A stretch of DNA of 64,000 nt, taken from Haliotis rubra (Eukaryota). The first letter of the stretch is position 1. Every line of letters starts with the position of its first letter. The DNA lies in NCBI RefSeq assembly GCF_003918875.1, contig NW_025767489.1, positions 434,001 through 498,000 of the forward strand. Reading direction: 5' to 3'. This document shows, in pieces, positions 1-18,792 of this stretch. The notes beneath the pieces are model-generated. The model saw only the letters and a program-made list of their open reading frames with translations. It did no database searches and was not told where the DNA came from. A program made the position numbers and the translations under genes.

Positions 1-1025
1 AAATGAAGTCATGAATCATGAATATTTTCGGAAAGACTTTCTTTGCAGTGAAGACTGGCTTCCTATAAAATTGTACGGTATATGTACATAGTTTATGACC
101 CCTAAACAAGTTTGCTCAATATGTTAATTGCTCAGTGTAATAGTATAATTATTAATGAAATGTAGTGATGATAAACTGTTCACCAAATGTTTGTGATTGT
201 TAAAAGATTGGGCCGAAATATTCGATATTTGTCAAAGTCCAATAAAATTGTTATGGCTGACAAAGACATTAGCCGACCCAACATCTTGCTTCAACCGACT
301 ATTGCAGAGTGCGGGCTTCTCTTGACATACAGTTAGTCGCATCTGTTGAATGTGGTCAATACCTGCGCGATTCTTGAACACAGAGCCAACATGCCTACAC
401 TTAAATGGAAGTCAGAGCTGCCTTCGCGGGACAGTATGTAACAAACGTCGTAACATGTCGACGGGTGCTTTCTTGATACAAGTGACTTGAAATATGGACA
501 TGACCAACCATCATGTGGATTCAACACCCTCAAGTGAGTAAAGGCAGTCTGAGCTGTATACTCCCCAGAAAGTTGAGAATCTTATATGACTCCACATTGA
601 TCAGTGTGGAGTTCTGATCATACATTGAGGCTTGGATACTTTCTCCTGAGCTGACTGTGATATACTATTGCGTTGCTGGGTGTGAATAACACAGCTAATG
701 CCCAGCTACGATTGACAGCTTACGTTCTATTGCTATGAAAGATAACTTGAATCAAGTGGAACGTGGGCATTGCACCAATTTCCAAACAACTTGTAAAATG
801 TTAAAGTAGAACATACAGAAGGGTAAAAGTATAATTATACATATTTATTCAAAAGATAAAACAGTGAAAACAACAAAAATGTACATGAATGTTTACCGAT
901 GCGGCCTCCAACATCACATAGTTTCTGAGATTGCACGAACATTGTCGATATTGCTAGATTGTGTCCAAGCAGGATTTCCATGTCACCATGTAAAGTACGA
1001 TATTGCAACACTAACTCAAATATCT

Positions 1026-2715
<1,690 letters not shown>

Positions 2716-2770
2716 ATTGATAGAATAGTGTTGGAGCAAGTATCGTTCCTTGTTGCACGCCGGCTGAGGA

Positions 2771-2858
2771 CTGAATGACTCTACATCTTCAACAGTTGTA
2801 TTTATGTGGGCCGATCAAAGCACTTCTCGGAAACCAGCGACAAAACTTCCTTATAAGG
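2771..2858 (-). promoter_or_regulatory. Actin A core promoter: CArG box, TATA-like element, initiator
   Basis: Perfect CArG CCTTATAAGG at 2849-2858; CATAAATA (minus) at 2799-2806; TCATTCAG Inr-like motif about 30 bp downstream (2771-2778); same layout upstream of B, C and G. Confidence 0.75.
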
Positions 2859-4137
2859 CAATATCATGCTGCATGTAGGGAGGCCTGTGGAGCGTGACAA
2901 TAGCTGTGCGCGAGCGCGTCTTTCGAGGAGGGAGGGGCACGATGGGGAAAGCAGGTAGAACAGGTGACTCCTTTCAATGCAATGAACGTTTGCCACAGAA
3001 GGAGGAGTGTTGTAGTGACCTTGTTCATCTCCGAATTCAAACGTGTTTGCCATTGAGAGTCTTTACCTAAATAAAGTTTATGTGTTTATTCATATATTTG
3101 ATTTTTATGTATTACTTATATCTAAATGCACATTGTGTATAAATCTCAAAGTTATCGAGCATGCCTGTTATGTACCATGTGTTTATTTGCGTATCCATAT
3201 TACAGCATTTTGTCTGATTATGCAACATCTACTATCCATGCCACCAGCTGCCGACCATACACATGTGGCCAGTCTTCTCACAGTAACCGTGTTACATTAT
3301 TTTGCCCTTCCCTCAACCCTGTCCGCTTTGCAAAAGCCGAAACAAGGCTACACTTTCCGGTTCTGGTCAAAATATATTTATATATGATGTACTTGTTACT
3401 CTGTGAATCTGTATGCTTACTCTACACCCTGTGTATATATGGAGATATATATGACAGACAGATTCACGGGAAAAGAGTAAGCATACAAGCGTTAGTCTAA
3501 CATCTGGCCACTTGCACATACTATTTACACAGTTAACACATTGTGTTCATATTTTATTGATATGCCTTTCGGACTTACTATATCGAAGCATATGTGGTCA
3601 CTGGTATCATCCCAGATGTGTAAGGACTATATTTATTAATGCTAGAAATGTACCTTATCATTGTCGTTTACTCATATAGCAAGTTAGACCGGCCCTAAAC
3701 TGTGACCAACAAAAGCTAATGGTTGTCACACTAAACCCTGCCATATATAGCGAGGTAGGTATCCGTGAGATTGTGTGAAACGGCGAGCTGACGTTGTCAC
3801 ATGTTACAGCAGCTTGTCTCGTCGATATCGTTTATACAGGCTGTCACAGGTTAATTGTGTCACATACATATATTCGGTGTATAGACACAGACAAATATAT
3901 ATATAGAATATTTTATCAGGAGTCAGCACAGAATATGTGCATCTAGACGTGCCTGTGAAAATTTGTATGTGAGTGAGTGTGTACATTTGTGTGTACAAGT
4001 GTGAGACTGAAGACGTGTGTGTAAGCATGTGTGTACATGTGCACATGTGTGCTAGTATACTGAAATATTGCTGAGTGTCGAAAACAAAGAAACGCATGCA
4101 CAAAATGTAGTTGGAATCGACTATCGAGAGATTTCTC

Positions 4138-4345
4138 ATGTGTGTGAGTGTGCTTTCGGTGGTCATGTGTGTGAGTGTGCCTTCGGTGGTCAAGTGTGTG
4201 AGTGTGCTTTCGGTGGTCATGTGTGTGAGTGTGCCTTCGGTGGTCATGTGTGTGAGTGTGCCTTCGGTGGTCATGTGTGTGAGTGTGCTTTCGGTAGTCA
4301 TGTGTGTGAGTGTGCCTTCGGTGGTCATGTGTGTGAGTGTGCTTA
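4138..4345. repeat. 27-bp minisatellite (about 7.5 copies) inside a TG/CA-rich low-complexity tract (about 3950-4630)
   Basis: Tandem unit CATGTGTGTGAGTGTGC(T/C)TTCGGTGGT. Confidence 0.9.
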
Positions 4346-4729
4346 TGTGTGTTTGAATGTATAAATGTTCTTGTATGCGCGTGCTGTTCATGCGTGTAGA
4401 TGTGCTTTGAGTGAGTATGTGTGTTTGAATGCTTAAATGTCTGTGTTTGTGCGCGCGCGTGTGTGTGTGTACACAGGAGAGTGTGTATGAGCATAAATGT
4501 GTGTGTTGAGTGAATGTGTACTCCCTTTTAAATGAGTACAAAGCAAATACTACTTTACAGTATTTATGGCTGGCATACTGATGAAGACTGCGCGTGCATG
4601 TTTCTGTGTGTGTGTGTGCCTTCAACAAGTGCATTATTACGCTTCCTGTCTGTATACTCGTTGATAATCAGAACTTCCCCTTGTCTAAAGCGACGCAGCC
4701 TCAATGTAACAGATGAAGCCGGAACAAGA

Positions 4730-4795
4730 TGCATGTTTTCGTCACGATATGACATTGCCGATGTTGCGTTAAATATTAACTCACTCACTCACTCA
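4730..4795 (+). mobile_element. SINE 3' tail fragment
   Basis: TCGTCACGATATG...GCCGATGTTGCGTTAAATATTAACTCACTCACTCACTCA; similar tails at about 42841-42905 and 55998-56060. Confidence 0.6.
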
Positions 4796-4855
4796 TACGT
4801 TAAGGGTTCATCTGACGGAGCAGGTGATGCTGTGTATGTTGATGTCAAACATGAA

Positions 4856-5194
4856 GGGTGAGGTGAGGTGAGGTGAGGTGAAATTGGGTTTAACGTCGTG
4901 CTGGAGAATATTTCGCTCATATGACGACGTGCATACGTGTGTATGTGTATGTGCGGCTGCTTGTACTGGCCCAGACTTAAGCTGGTTTTATAGTGCTAGC
5001 CCACTGAGATACCATGCCGCAGTGAAGCATGAATACCCCACTCAGACACATTATACTGACTCCGAGCCGAGCGCAAGCCAGGGACCAACAAGTACCATAT
5101 TTTAACGTCTTTTGGTATGACGCGGTCGGGGATCGAACCTGTGACCTTCCGCTCTCCGGGCGGACGCTCTAACCACTACACCACGGAGGCGGTC
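4856..5194 (-). mobile_element. Full-length tRNA-derived SINE with 10-bp target-site duplication
   Basis: Minus-strand head has A box (TGGTGTAGTGGTTAGAGCG) and B box (GGTTCGATCCC), a central domain and a (TCACC)n tail; flanked by CAAACATGAA at 4846-4855 and 5195-5204. Confidence 0.9.
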
Positions 5195-6141
5195 CAAACA
5201 TGAATGGATAAGTGAAGAGAAAACACACTTTTAAAGCATATTTGAATTAGGTTTTGAGGTTACCTTTGTTTTGCCTTTTCATATTTATAGATCTTTAGGA
5301 GGAGGGTCTAGCGAGTGTCTTTTAGGGGTTTGTTTGTGTTTGTTTGGTAGGATATTCATTAATTGATTCAACAACGAAACAATTCAAATTGTGTCTTCCC
5401 ATCATGTTCACCATTAACACGATACACACATGTGATATACGTACTACTAAACCATCTGCCTATCAACACCATTAGCTTTCCTGCTGATTCATGGTTCTGA
5501 ACGTGACCCCCCATGCATCTTCTCGGGGGGAGGTGGATTATCGATCAGACATTCACTATACATCGATATACCTTCGTTACGTCACACGGCATAACGTGTG
5601 TACCTCGAGTTGCAAACGCTAATAATCACCTTATTATTATTACGTGAACGACATAGCATCTCGCTGTGGGGTCTCACTGGTTACTTTCTTCTGAAACACG
5701 TGTGTGTGTTATCAGGAAATGATTTAAGGATCCGATATTCAGTTTCAGCAATCCTACCACATTACTATTCGAATACATTTCCAACAGTTAGCAAAATCTT
5801 TTTTCAGTATTCTTTGTGACAAATCCCTCATAGACTCTCGGGATGATGGTCTAGCCTAGTGCTTAAGGCGTTCACTTTTCACCCGAAAAACTAAACTCAT
5901 AGACTCTCGTTCGTTGCTGGCTAGGGGCATGCTGGGTAGTGGCACTGATCAATGGGTAATAGGTAACAGTATTTATGACAGATAGATAGACTGATGCAAT
6001 ACGGGTGATAATTGACTACGTCAGTCGGTCGATCAGCTGCTTATACTTTGACTGAGGGCCTATCTTCTCGTGTCTGTTGTGTCGTCTGTCTGTCTATTAT
6101 CTCCTTGTCAGTCAAACTTCGTACTATTGTATCTGTATATA

Positions 6142-6143
<2 letters not shown>

Positions 6144-6197
<54 letters not shown>

Positions 6198-6220
6198 GTC
6201 TCTCTTTCTTTCTCTCTCTG
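6144..6220. repeat. Compound microsatellite (TG)n(TA)n(TC)n
   Basis: Direct reading. Confidence 0.95.
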
Positions 6221-8854
6221 ACTCGCTCACTTTCTTTCTCTCAAACGTTTGTCTAACTTTCTATTGCGTTTTTCCTTGTGTGTATAGATCTAAGAAAAGC
6301 AGCCTTAAAGCGAAGAATTCGATTGATTTACAAGAGTGCAGGGGTTACCTCCCTTATCGTTCAAGTTACGTAAGGCTGGCTGTGCATGGTTCACCATGTC
6401 ATACGATGTACCATGGGTCTATGGCCCACTTATGTACCGAATAAGAAAATAAGTAGAATGGAAAGCAATCACACCGATTGTTATTCTGATATATTTCCCA
6501 TTATAAATATTACAAGGAATGTATTCAGTACTTTGGCCACATGGCGTATTGTACAACTACACGACAGAATACAATTTAGTCACGTGTGGGACCTGGTATT
6601 AAACACATATTTTAGATATAATGCAACAGATTTAGTAACGTTCATATTTGTACTATTTAACAAATTTATCATACTTTGAGCAGCAATGACAGACTTGATT
6701 GGCAAAAATCTCCTCCTTAGAGATGAACATTTACTACAAACAAGTAACACATGAAGGTCATCTTCCCTACCACAATAACAATGAGGACTGATTGTATTTA
6801 AGTGTCTTACACCATTCAAACACCTTTCCCTGTTTATAGCAAAATCGTGGAGTGATATTCTCATTTTACAGAAAGCTCTTCTCAGGTCTCTCGTGAAGCG
6901 AAATTAACGTGCTTATAATATTAAAGTTTTTGTATGCATGAAAACACCTTTGTGGGCCTCAAAGACCCAGGGCATACGTTTGAGGGTTAACTATGCATGT
7001 ATGGATTGGCTTCCTCGCTTGATAGGCTAACGTTGAAGTTGTGTCTATCTTCTTGACCTGTCTGTTTATCCTGTTTATTTAACGTGTTTTTCCACACGTG
7101 TTCTATATGGAAAAGAAATACAAAGGCGAGTCCCCATATCATCGTCACCCGTACGTGAAGGAAGCTGTATGCGTGTAGGGGGCACAATATTGTCCTGACA
7201 ACTCAGATACGCGAAAATAAATATCTGTTTTTCCATATGTAATCTATGTTTAAGATAACCTTATTCAGTGTGTCAGCGATTAAGAACGGCTGGTGACGGA
7301 TGACGACAGAGGGTACATGAACATATTAGCTCCATTATTTCTTTATGCGGTGCATAAAGTCGTGGATGCACAAATACAGGATAGCATAGAAGAATATCCA
7401 CGTTGGCCGTCATCAACGAGCTTGATCAAACGGAGAATACAGCGGAATCTGTCCAAACCAAACGCCTGAGCAATAAGGTTGTGTGTGACAAATATTATTA
7501 ATAAAGGTCGGTAAATAACACTTCTTCCCAGACTTCACAATAACACAGGCGATAACATGCCGTTACATATCACCTGTCGGATCAGTATCAGTGTAAGTAT
7601 CATGTAGGTAACACACCGAAGGTGTTTAATGTTCTGTTTTGCATGGATACTCTGTTACAGCTGAATCACCATATCGGCTTCCCTCTGTACCAAGTTGTAT
7701 TCACAAAACATCCTTGTATTCACATGTCAATCTGCTGACTGCATATGTCATTGAAGTTTCTTCCGAATATGAACATAAAAATACTGGATATTTTCTGATG
7801 CATTTTTATATGGAAGCTCATTAGTGCCACACACTTACAAGAATACCTTTTTATACGCGTATTTATGTTTCTGTTATAATATACAGATCGGAAAAATAAA
7901 TCTACCTTTGAATTATCGACCGTGGTGGCAATATTGTCAGTTTTTATGTTACTTGTAACTCGACTCATGGTGACCGATTATTTGTTTACTTTTTTAACCT
8001 GACATGTCTATGAAAGGTGCTATTTATATAAACATTAGATATAGTCTTCATTTAGATGTTTTAAAGTGTTATTTAATTAAAATGATTCAATTTTTGCATT
8101 ATGTTTTTGGCAATTCGAAATAATTGTATTAAAATTCCCCTGAAGTTATTAAAATACCCCTCAAGGCCAATTGAAAGTTAATGACCAACAAGCTGCCAAA
8201 CATATTAATATTCTGTATGAACTATATCCTGCGTTTGTATGAACTATATCTAAGGAGACAACTTCAAAAGACAATATCAGGTCTTAGTGACGATACACAA
8301 TATTATGATATCTTATATGGAGATGAAAATGTCTTCTACATATTTTAAATATTATATACGTATATGTTCATACAATCTACGAAGACAAAAGTATGGTCTA
8401 CGTCGGTGCTTACATGTCCATGTAACTATCAATATGCGTGTTGCTTCATACTGAAACAGTTTGAAAACAGTTCGTCACAATTGCCCAACACAGCCTTTCG
8501 GTCAGCGCAACGGCATTTCTTACAATGCCTTTATTTGCTGATCGAATTCAGGCTGCACATTAATGTGAACTCTGCTGTAGTGAAATTGCTACCTCTCACT
8601 CAGTGTAACTTTGGAAAGTAGCCAATAGAATAGACCCAGGAGAGTAAAAATACATTTAATACACAACGAAAAGTATGAATGCCCAAAGAGAAAGACAATG
8701 TGCGACAAATACATAAAGATTCAAGCCATGATCAGCAGCCCTGATGAGATGTATTTTGTCATTTAAACAGTTCAAACGATGAGGAGAACAATGACAAATA
8801 GTAGCCTTCTCAATGATTAAAAGTGTCTCCTTAAATTGTATACACTGTCAGTCA

Positions 8855-10657
<1,803 letters not shown>

Positions 10658-11699
10658 CAATATCATACTACATGTATTGAGGCCTGTGAAGCGTGGCAAT
10701 AGCTGTGCGAGTCTTTCGAGGAGGTAAGGGCACGGAATAGAAAACAGGTAGAACGGGTAAAGGTTCTCAGTGATAGGTAGGTAGGTTTGACACAGAAGGA
10801 GAGTTGTTGCAATGACCATGTTCATCTGTAGATTGACACATTTTGGCATTTTTGGGCCTTTGACTGAATAACGATTGTGTTTTTATTTATAGTTTTCTGT
10901 ATTACGTATTATTTCCATCTAAATGCACATCATGCAACTTCGTCTCCACTGAAAAGTATTGGATGTACCTGTATTTTCCATGTGAATATTCGCGTTCCCA
11001 TACTTCATGATTTTCATCTGATTATGTATATAACATGTACCATCCACACCATCACTATACACACCAGGTGTCATAAATGGCTTGTTTGGATTCATATTCT
11101 ATTTCCCTGCTTTCAGAATTGTTTATATCGGAGCATGTATGCATATAAGCATATATTTTCCGAATGTGTCAGGACTATTTCTGTCTATACTAGAAATGTT
11201 ATTTATCCCTGTCGGTCACTCATATAGGGACTGCAACCCCAAGGTTGTGCACAACAAAAGGTAAAGCACACAACCTCCCGCCATATATTGCCAGGTAGGT
11301 ACACCTGTGATACGCCCAGCTGACGTTGACATATGTTACACCATTGATCTCGTTAGAGGTGGGTGAATAAGTGGGAGAATATTGCTAACGCTGCACCAGC
11401 TATTTGCGGTGAACCAGGCCCCTGAACCGGTAACAGCAGTTTTATATGTGCAATCATTCATATACTACTGAAAGAAGAATCCTATGCTGTTTAACCTCTT
11501 TCAGCAGTATATGCGAATCCTTGTGTTCAGGTCATGCGTGTTGTTAAATTAGCATTTACTGCATCCTAAATATGGGAGCTCACTCACACTCTGTGAATAT
11601 GCGAGCTCATTCACACATTTTAAAACTGAGAGCTCATTCACACATTCTAAATATGTGAGCTTCTGCATCTAGAAAATTTTTTTTACAGGGGCAAACGTT

Positions 11700-12035
11700 T
11701 GATTGGTTTGTTTATTGGTTTGTTGTTAAACACCCCGCTCAGTAATGTTCCAGGTGTATGGCGGCGGTTTGTAACCGCCTGGTCTGAACCAGGTTAATGT
11801 TTGATGATAATGACTGGATATCTGACAAATAATCGTGTTGTTTCTTTATTGTTTAACGTCGCAGTCAGCAATATTCATATCTCTGTGTATAAGAGAGTCT
11901 GGACCAGACAACATCACGAGCATTGGTCTTCGTAAGTCTGATACAATGACAGCAAATACGAAAATACAAAATATAAAAGTCAGCGAGCCTGAACATCCGA
12001 TCCCGTTAGGCGCCTCCAACCACATGCATGGGTTA
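11700..12035 (-). mobile_element. Degraded or composite SINE (family 1), co-duplicated at about 15690-16020 and 19225-19500
   Basis: Contains CTCAGTAATGTTCCAGGTGTATGGCGGCGG and AAGTCAGCGAGCCTGAACATCCGATCCCGTTAG, matching the reverse complement of the SINE at 25163-25410. Confidence 0.7.
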
Positions 12036-12143
12036 ATTAAGAACAATTGTAACCCGACAAATATTACAGGAAATATAGACACACAACCACACTGAAGGTG
12101 AGTCCATAGAATATGTGTGCGCACACACGTGCGTTGTAATATA

Positions 12144-12308
12144 NNNNNNNNNNNNNNNNNNNNNNNNNNNNNNNNNNNNNNNNNNNNNNNNNNNNNNNNN
12201 NNNNNNNNNNNNNNNNNNNNNNNNNNNNNNNNNNNNNNNNNNNNNNNNNNNNNNNNNNNNNNNNNNNNNNNNNNNNNNNNNNNNNNNNNNNNNNNNNNNN
12301 NNNNNNNN
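12144..12308. other. Assembly gap (N run)
   Basis: N bases; same homologous position as the gap at 16132-16309. Confidence 0.99.
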
Positions 12309-13754
12309 GCGCCTCTTCAGTACATCAATTTTCTGGATCGGATGGGCAGTAACATCAATCACTGATGCCAGGCAAAACGCTTATACCAGTTCCGATACTT
12401 ATCGAGAAGTTAATTTCCTGACTTGACCCCCACAAATACTGCACACAGAAGGATTGATTGATCCAGTGTGTAATGATCACTGTAAGTAATATGTAGGTAA
12501 CAGGTGTAGGTGTTTAATCTTATGTTATGTACGGATACTCTGTTCCAGCTGAGTCACCATATCGGCTTCCCTCTGTACCAGGTTGTATTCACAAAACATC
12601 CTTGTATTCACATGTCAATCTGCTGACTGCATATGTCATGATTGAATTTTCTTCCGAATATGAGCATAAAAATACTGGATATTTTCTGATGCATTTTTAT
12701 ATGGAAGCTCATTAGTGCCACACACTTAAAAGAATACCTTTTTATACTCGTATTTATGCATCTGTTATAATATACAGATCGGATAAATAAATCTACCTTT
12801 GAATTATCGACTGTGGTGACAATATTGTCAGTTTTTATGTAACCTGTAACTCGATTCAGAATGACCGATCATTTCTTTACTTTTTTAACCTGACATGTCT
12901 TTGAAAGGTGCTACTTATATAAACATTAGATATAGTCATCATTTAGACGTTTTATAGACGATTCAATAAAAAATGTTTCAGTTTTTGCATTATGTTTTTG
13001 GCAATTCGAAATGATTGTATTAAGTTATTAAAATTCCACTCAAGTTATTAAAATACCCCTCAAGGCCAATTGAAAGTTAATGACCAACAAGCTGCCAAAC
13101 ATATTAATATTCTATATGAACTTTATCCAACGTTTGTATGGACTATATCTAAGGAGACAACTCCAAAAGACAATATCAGGTCTTAGTGACGATACACAGT
13201 ATTATGATATCATATACGGAGATGAAAATGTCTTCTACATATTTTAAATATCATATACGTATGTGTTAATATAATCTACGAAGACAAAAGTATGGTCCAC
13301 GTCGGTGCTTACGTGTCCATGTAACTATCAATATGCGTGTTGCTTCATACAGAAACAGTTTGAAAACTGTTCCACGCAATTACTCAACACAGCCCTTTGG
13401 GTCAGCGTACCTGCATTTCTTAAAATGCCTTTATTTGCTGATCGAAATTCAGCCTGACGTATATATGAACTTTGCTGTAGCAAAATTGCTACCTCTCACT
13501 CAGTGTAGCTTTAGGAGGTAGCCAATAGAATAAACCCAAGAGAGTAAAAATACATTTAATACACAACGAAAAGTATCAATGCCTAAAGAGAAAGACACTG
13601 TGCGACCAATACACAAAGATTCAAGCCATTATCAGCAGCCCTGATGCAATGTATTTTGTCATTTCAACAGTTCAAACGATGAGAAGAACAATGACAAATA
13701 GTAGCCTTCTCAATAATTAAAAGTGTCGTCTTAAATTGTATACAATGTCAGTCA

Positions 13755-15497
<1,743 letters not shown>

Positions 15498-16131
15498 CTA
15501 CACAGCTCATTTTATGTGCGCCGATGAAAGCACTTCTCGGAAACCAGCAACAATAGTCCCTTATAAGACAATATCATACTACATGTATTGAGGCCCGTGA
15601 AGCGTGGCAATAGCTGCGCGAGTCTTTCGAGGAGGTAAGGACACGGAATAGAAACAGGTAGAACTGGTAATTTTTCTACAGGGGCAAACGTTTGATTGGT
15701 TTGTTGTTTTACACCCCACTCAGTAATGTTCCAGGTGTATGGCGGCGGTTTGTAACCGAGTCTGATCCAGGTGAATGTTGATGATACTTTGATGATAATG
15801 ACTGAATATCTGACAAATAATCGTGTTGTTTCCTTATTGTTTAACGTCGCAGTCAGCAATATTCATATCTCTGTGTATAAGAGAGTCTGGACCAGACAAC
15901 ATCACGAGCATTGGTCTTCGTAAGTCTGATACAATGACAGCAAATACGAAAATACAAAATATAAAAGTCAGCGAGCCTGAACATCCGATCCCGTTAGGCG
16001 CCTCCAACCACATGCATGGGTTAATTAAGAACAATTGTAACCCGACAAATATTACAGGAAATATAGACACACAACCACACTGAAGGTGAGTCCATAGAAT
16101 ATGTGTGCGCACACACGTGCGTTGTAATATA

Positions 16132-16309
16132 NNNNNNNNNNNNNNNNNNNNNNNNNNNNNNNNNNNNNNNNNNNNNNNNNNNNNNNNNNNNNNNNNNNNN
16201 NNNNNNNNNNNNNNNNNNNNNNNNNNNNNNNNNNNNNNNNNNNNNNNNNNNNNNNNNNNNNNNNNNNNNNNNNNNNNNNNNNNNNNNNNNNNNNNNNNNN
16301 NNNNNNNNN
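16132..16309. other. Assembly gap (N run)
   Basis: N bases. Confidence 0.99.
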
Positions 16310-17792
16310 ACCTCTTCAGTTAACATCAATTTTCTGGATCGGATGGGCAGTAACATCAATCACTGATGCCAGGCAAAACGCTTATACCAGTTCCGATACT
16401 TATCGAGAAGTTAATTTCCTGACTTGACCCCACAAATACTGCACATATCCCCACAAATACTGACAGAAGGATTGATTGATCTAGTGTGTAATGATCACTG
16501 TAAGTATCATGTAGGTAACACACCAAAGGTGTTTAATCTTATGTTATGTACGGATACTCTGTTCCAGCTGAATCACCATATCGGCTTACCTCTGTACCAG
16601 GTTGTATTCACAAAACATCCTTGTATTCACATGTCAATCTGCTGACTGCATATGTCATGATTGAATTTTCTTCCGAATATGAACATATAAATACTGGATA
16701 TTTTCTGATGCATTTTTATATGGAGGCTCATTAGTGCCACACACTTAAAAGAATACCTTTTTATACTCGTATTTATGTATCCGTTATAATATACAGATTG
16801 GAAAAATAAATCTACCTTTGAATTATCGACTGTGGTGACAATATTGTCAGTTTTTAGTTAACCGGTAACTCGATTCATAATATAATGACCGATTATTTGT
16901 TTACTTTTTTAACCTGACGTGTCTTTGAAAGGTGCTACTTATATAAACATTAGATATAGTCATCATTTAGACGTTTTAAAGTTTAGTTCAATTAAAATGT
17001 TTCAGTTTTTGCATTATGTTTTTGGCAATTCGAAATGATTGTATTAAGTTATTAAAATTCCACTCAAGTTATTAACATACCCCTCAAGGCCAATTGGAAG
17101 TTAATGACCAACAAGCTGCCAAATATTTTAATATTCTGTATGAACTATATCCAACTTTTGTATGAACTATATCTAAGGAGACAACTCCAAAAGACAATAT
17201 CAGGTCTTAGTGACGATACACAGTATTATGATATCATATATGGAGATGAAAATGTCTTCTACATATTTTGAATATCATATACGTATGTGTTAATATAATC
17301 TACGAAGACAAAAGTATGGTCCACGTCGGTGCTTACGTGTCCATGTAACTATCAATATGCGTGTTGCTTCACACAGAAACAGTTTGAAAACTGTTCCACG
17401 CAATTACTCAACACAGCCCTTTCGGTCAGCGTATCTGCATTTCTTAAACTGCCTTTATTTGCTGATCGAATTCAGCCTGACGTATGTATGAACTTTGCTG
17501 TAGTGAAATTGCTACCTCTCACTCAGTGTACTTTAGAAGGTAGCCAATGGAATAAACCCAAGAGAGTAAAAATACATTTAATACACAACGAAAAGTATGA
17601 TTGCCCAAAGAGAAAGACACTGTGCGACTAAACACAAAGATTCAACTTGGAGGCCATTATCAGCAGCCCTGATGCAATGTATTTTGTCATTTCAACAGTT
17701 CAAACGATGAGAAGAACAATGACAAATAGTAGCCTTCTCAATGATCTCAGTGATCTCAATGTGTCGGCTTAAAGTGTATACACTGTCAGTCA

Positions 17793-18792
<1,000 letters not shown>

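Noticed and set aside
3804-4634. His/Thr-rich ORFs of 276 and 183 aa
   Set aside because: Translations of the CA-rich tract and the 27-bp minisatellite
5120-5194. tRNA gene
   Set aside because: tRNA-like A and B boxes continue into a SINE body and tail flanked by a TSD; no proper acceptor stem. The same applies to 24240-24299 and 42153-42215
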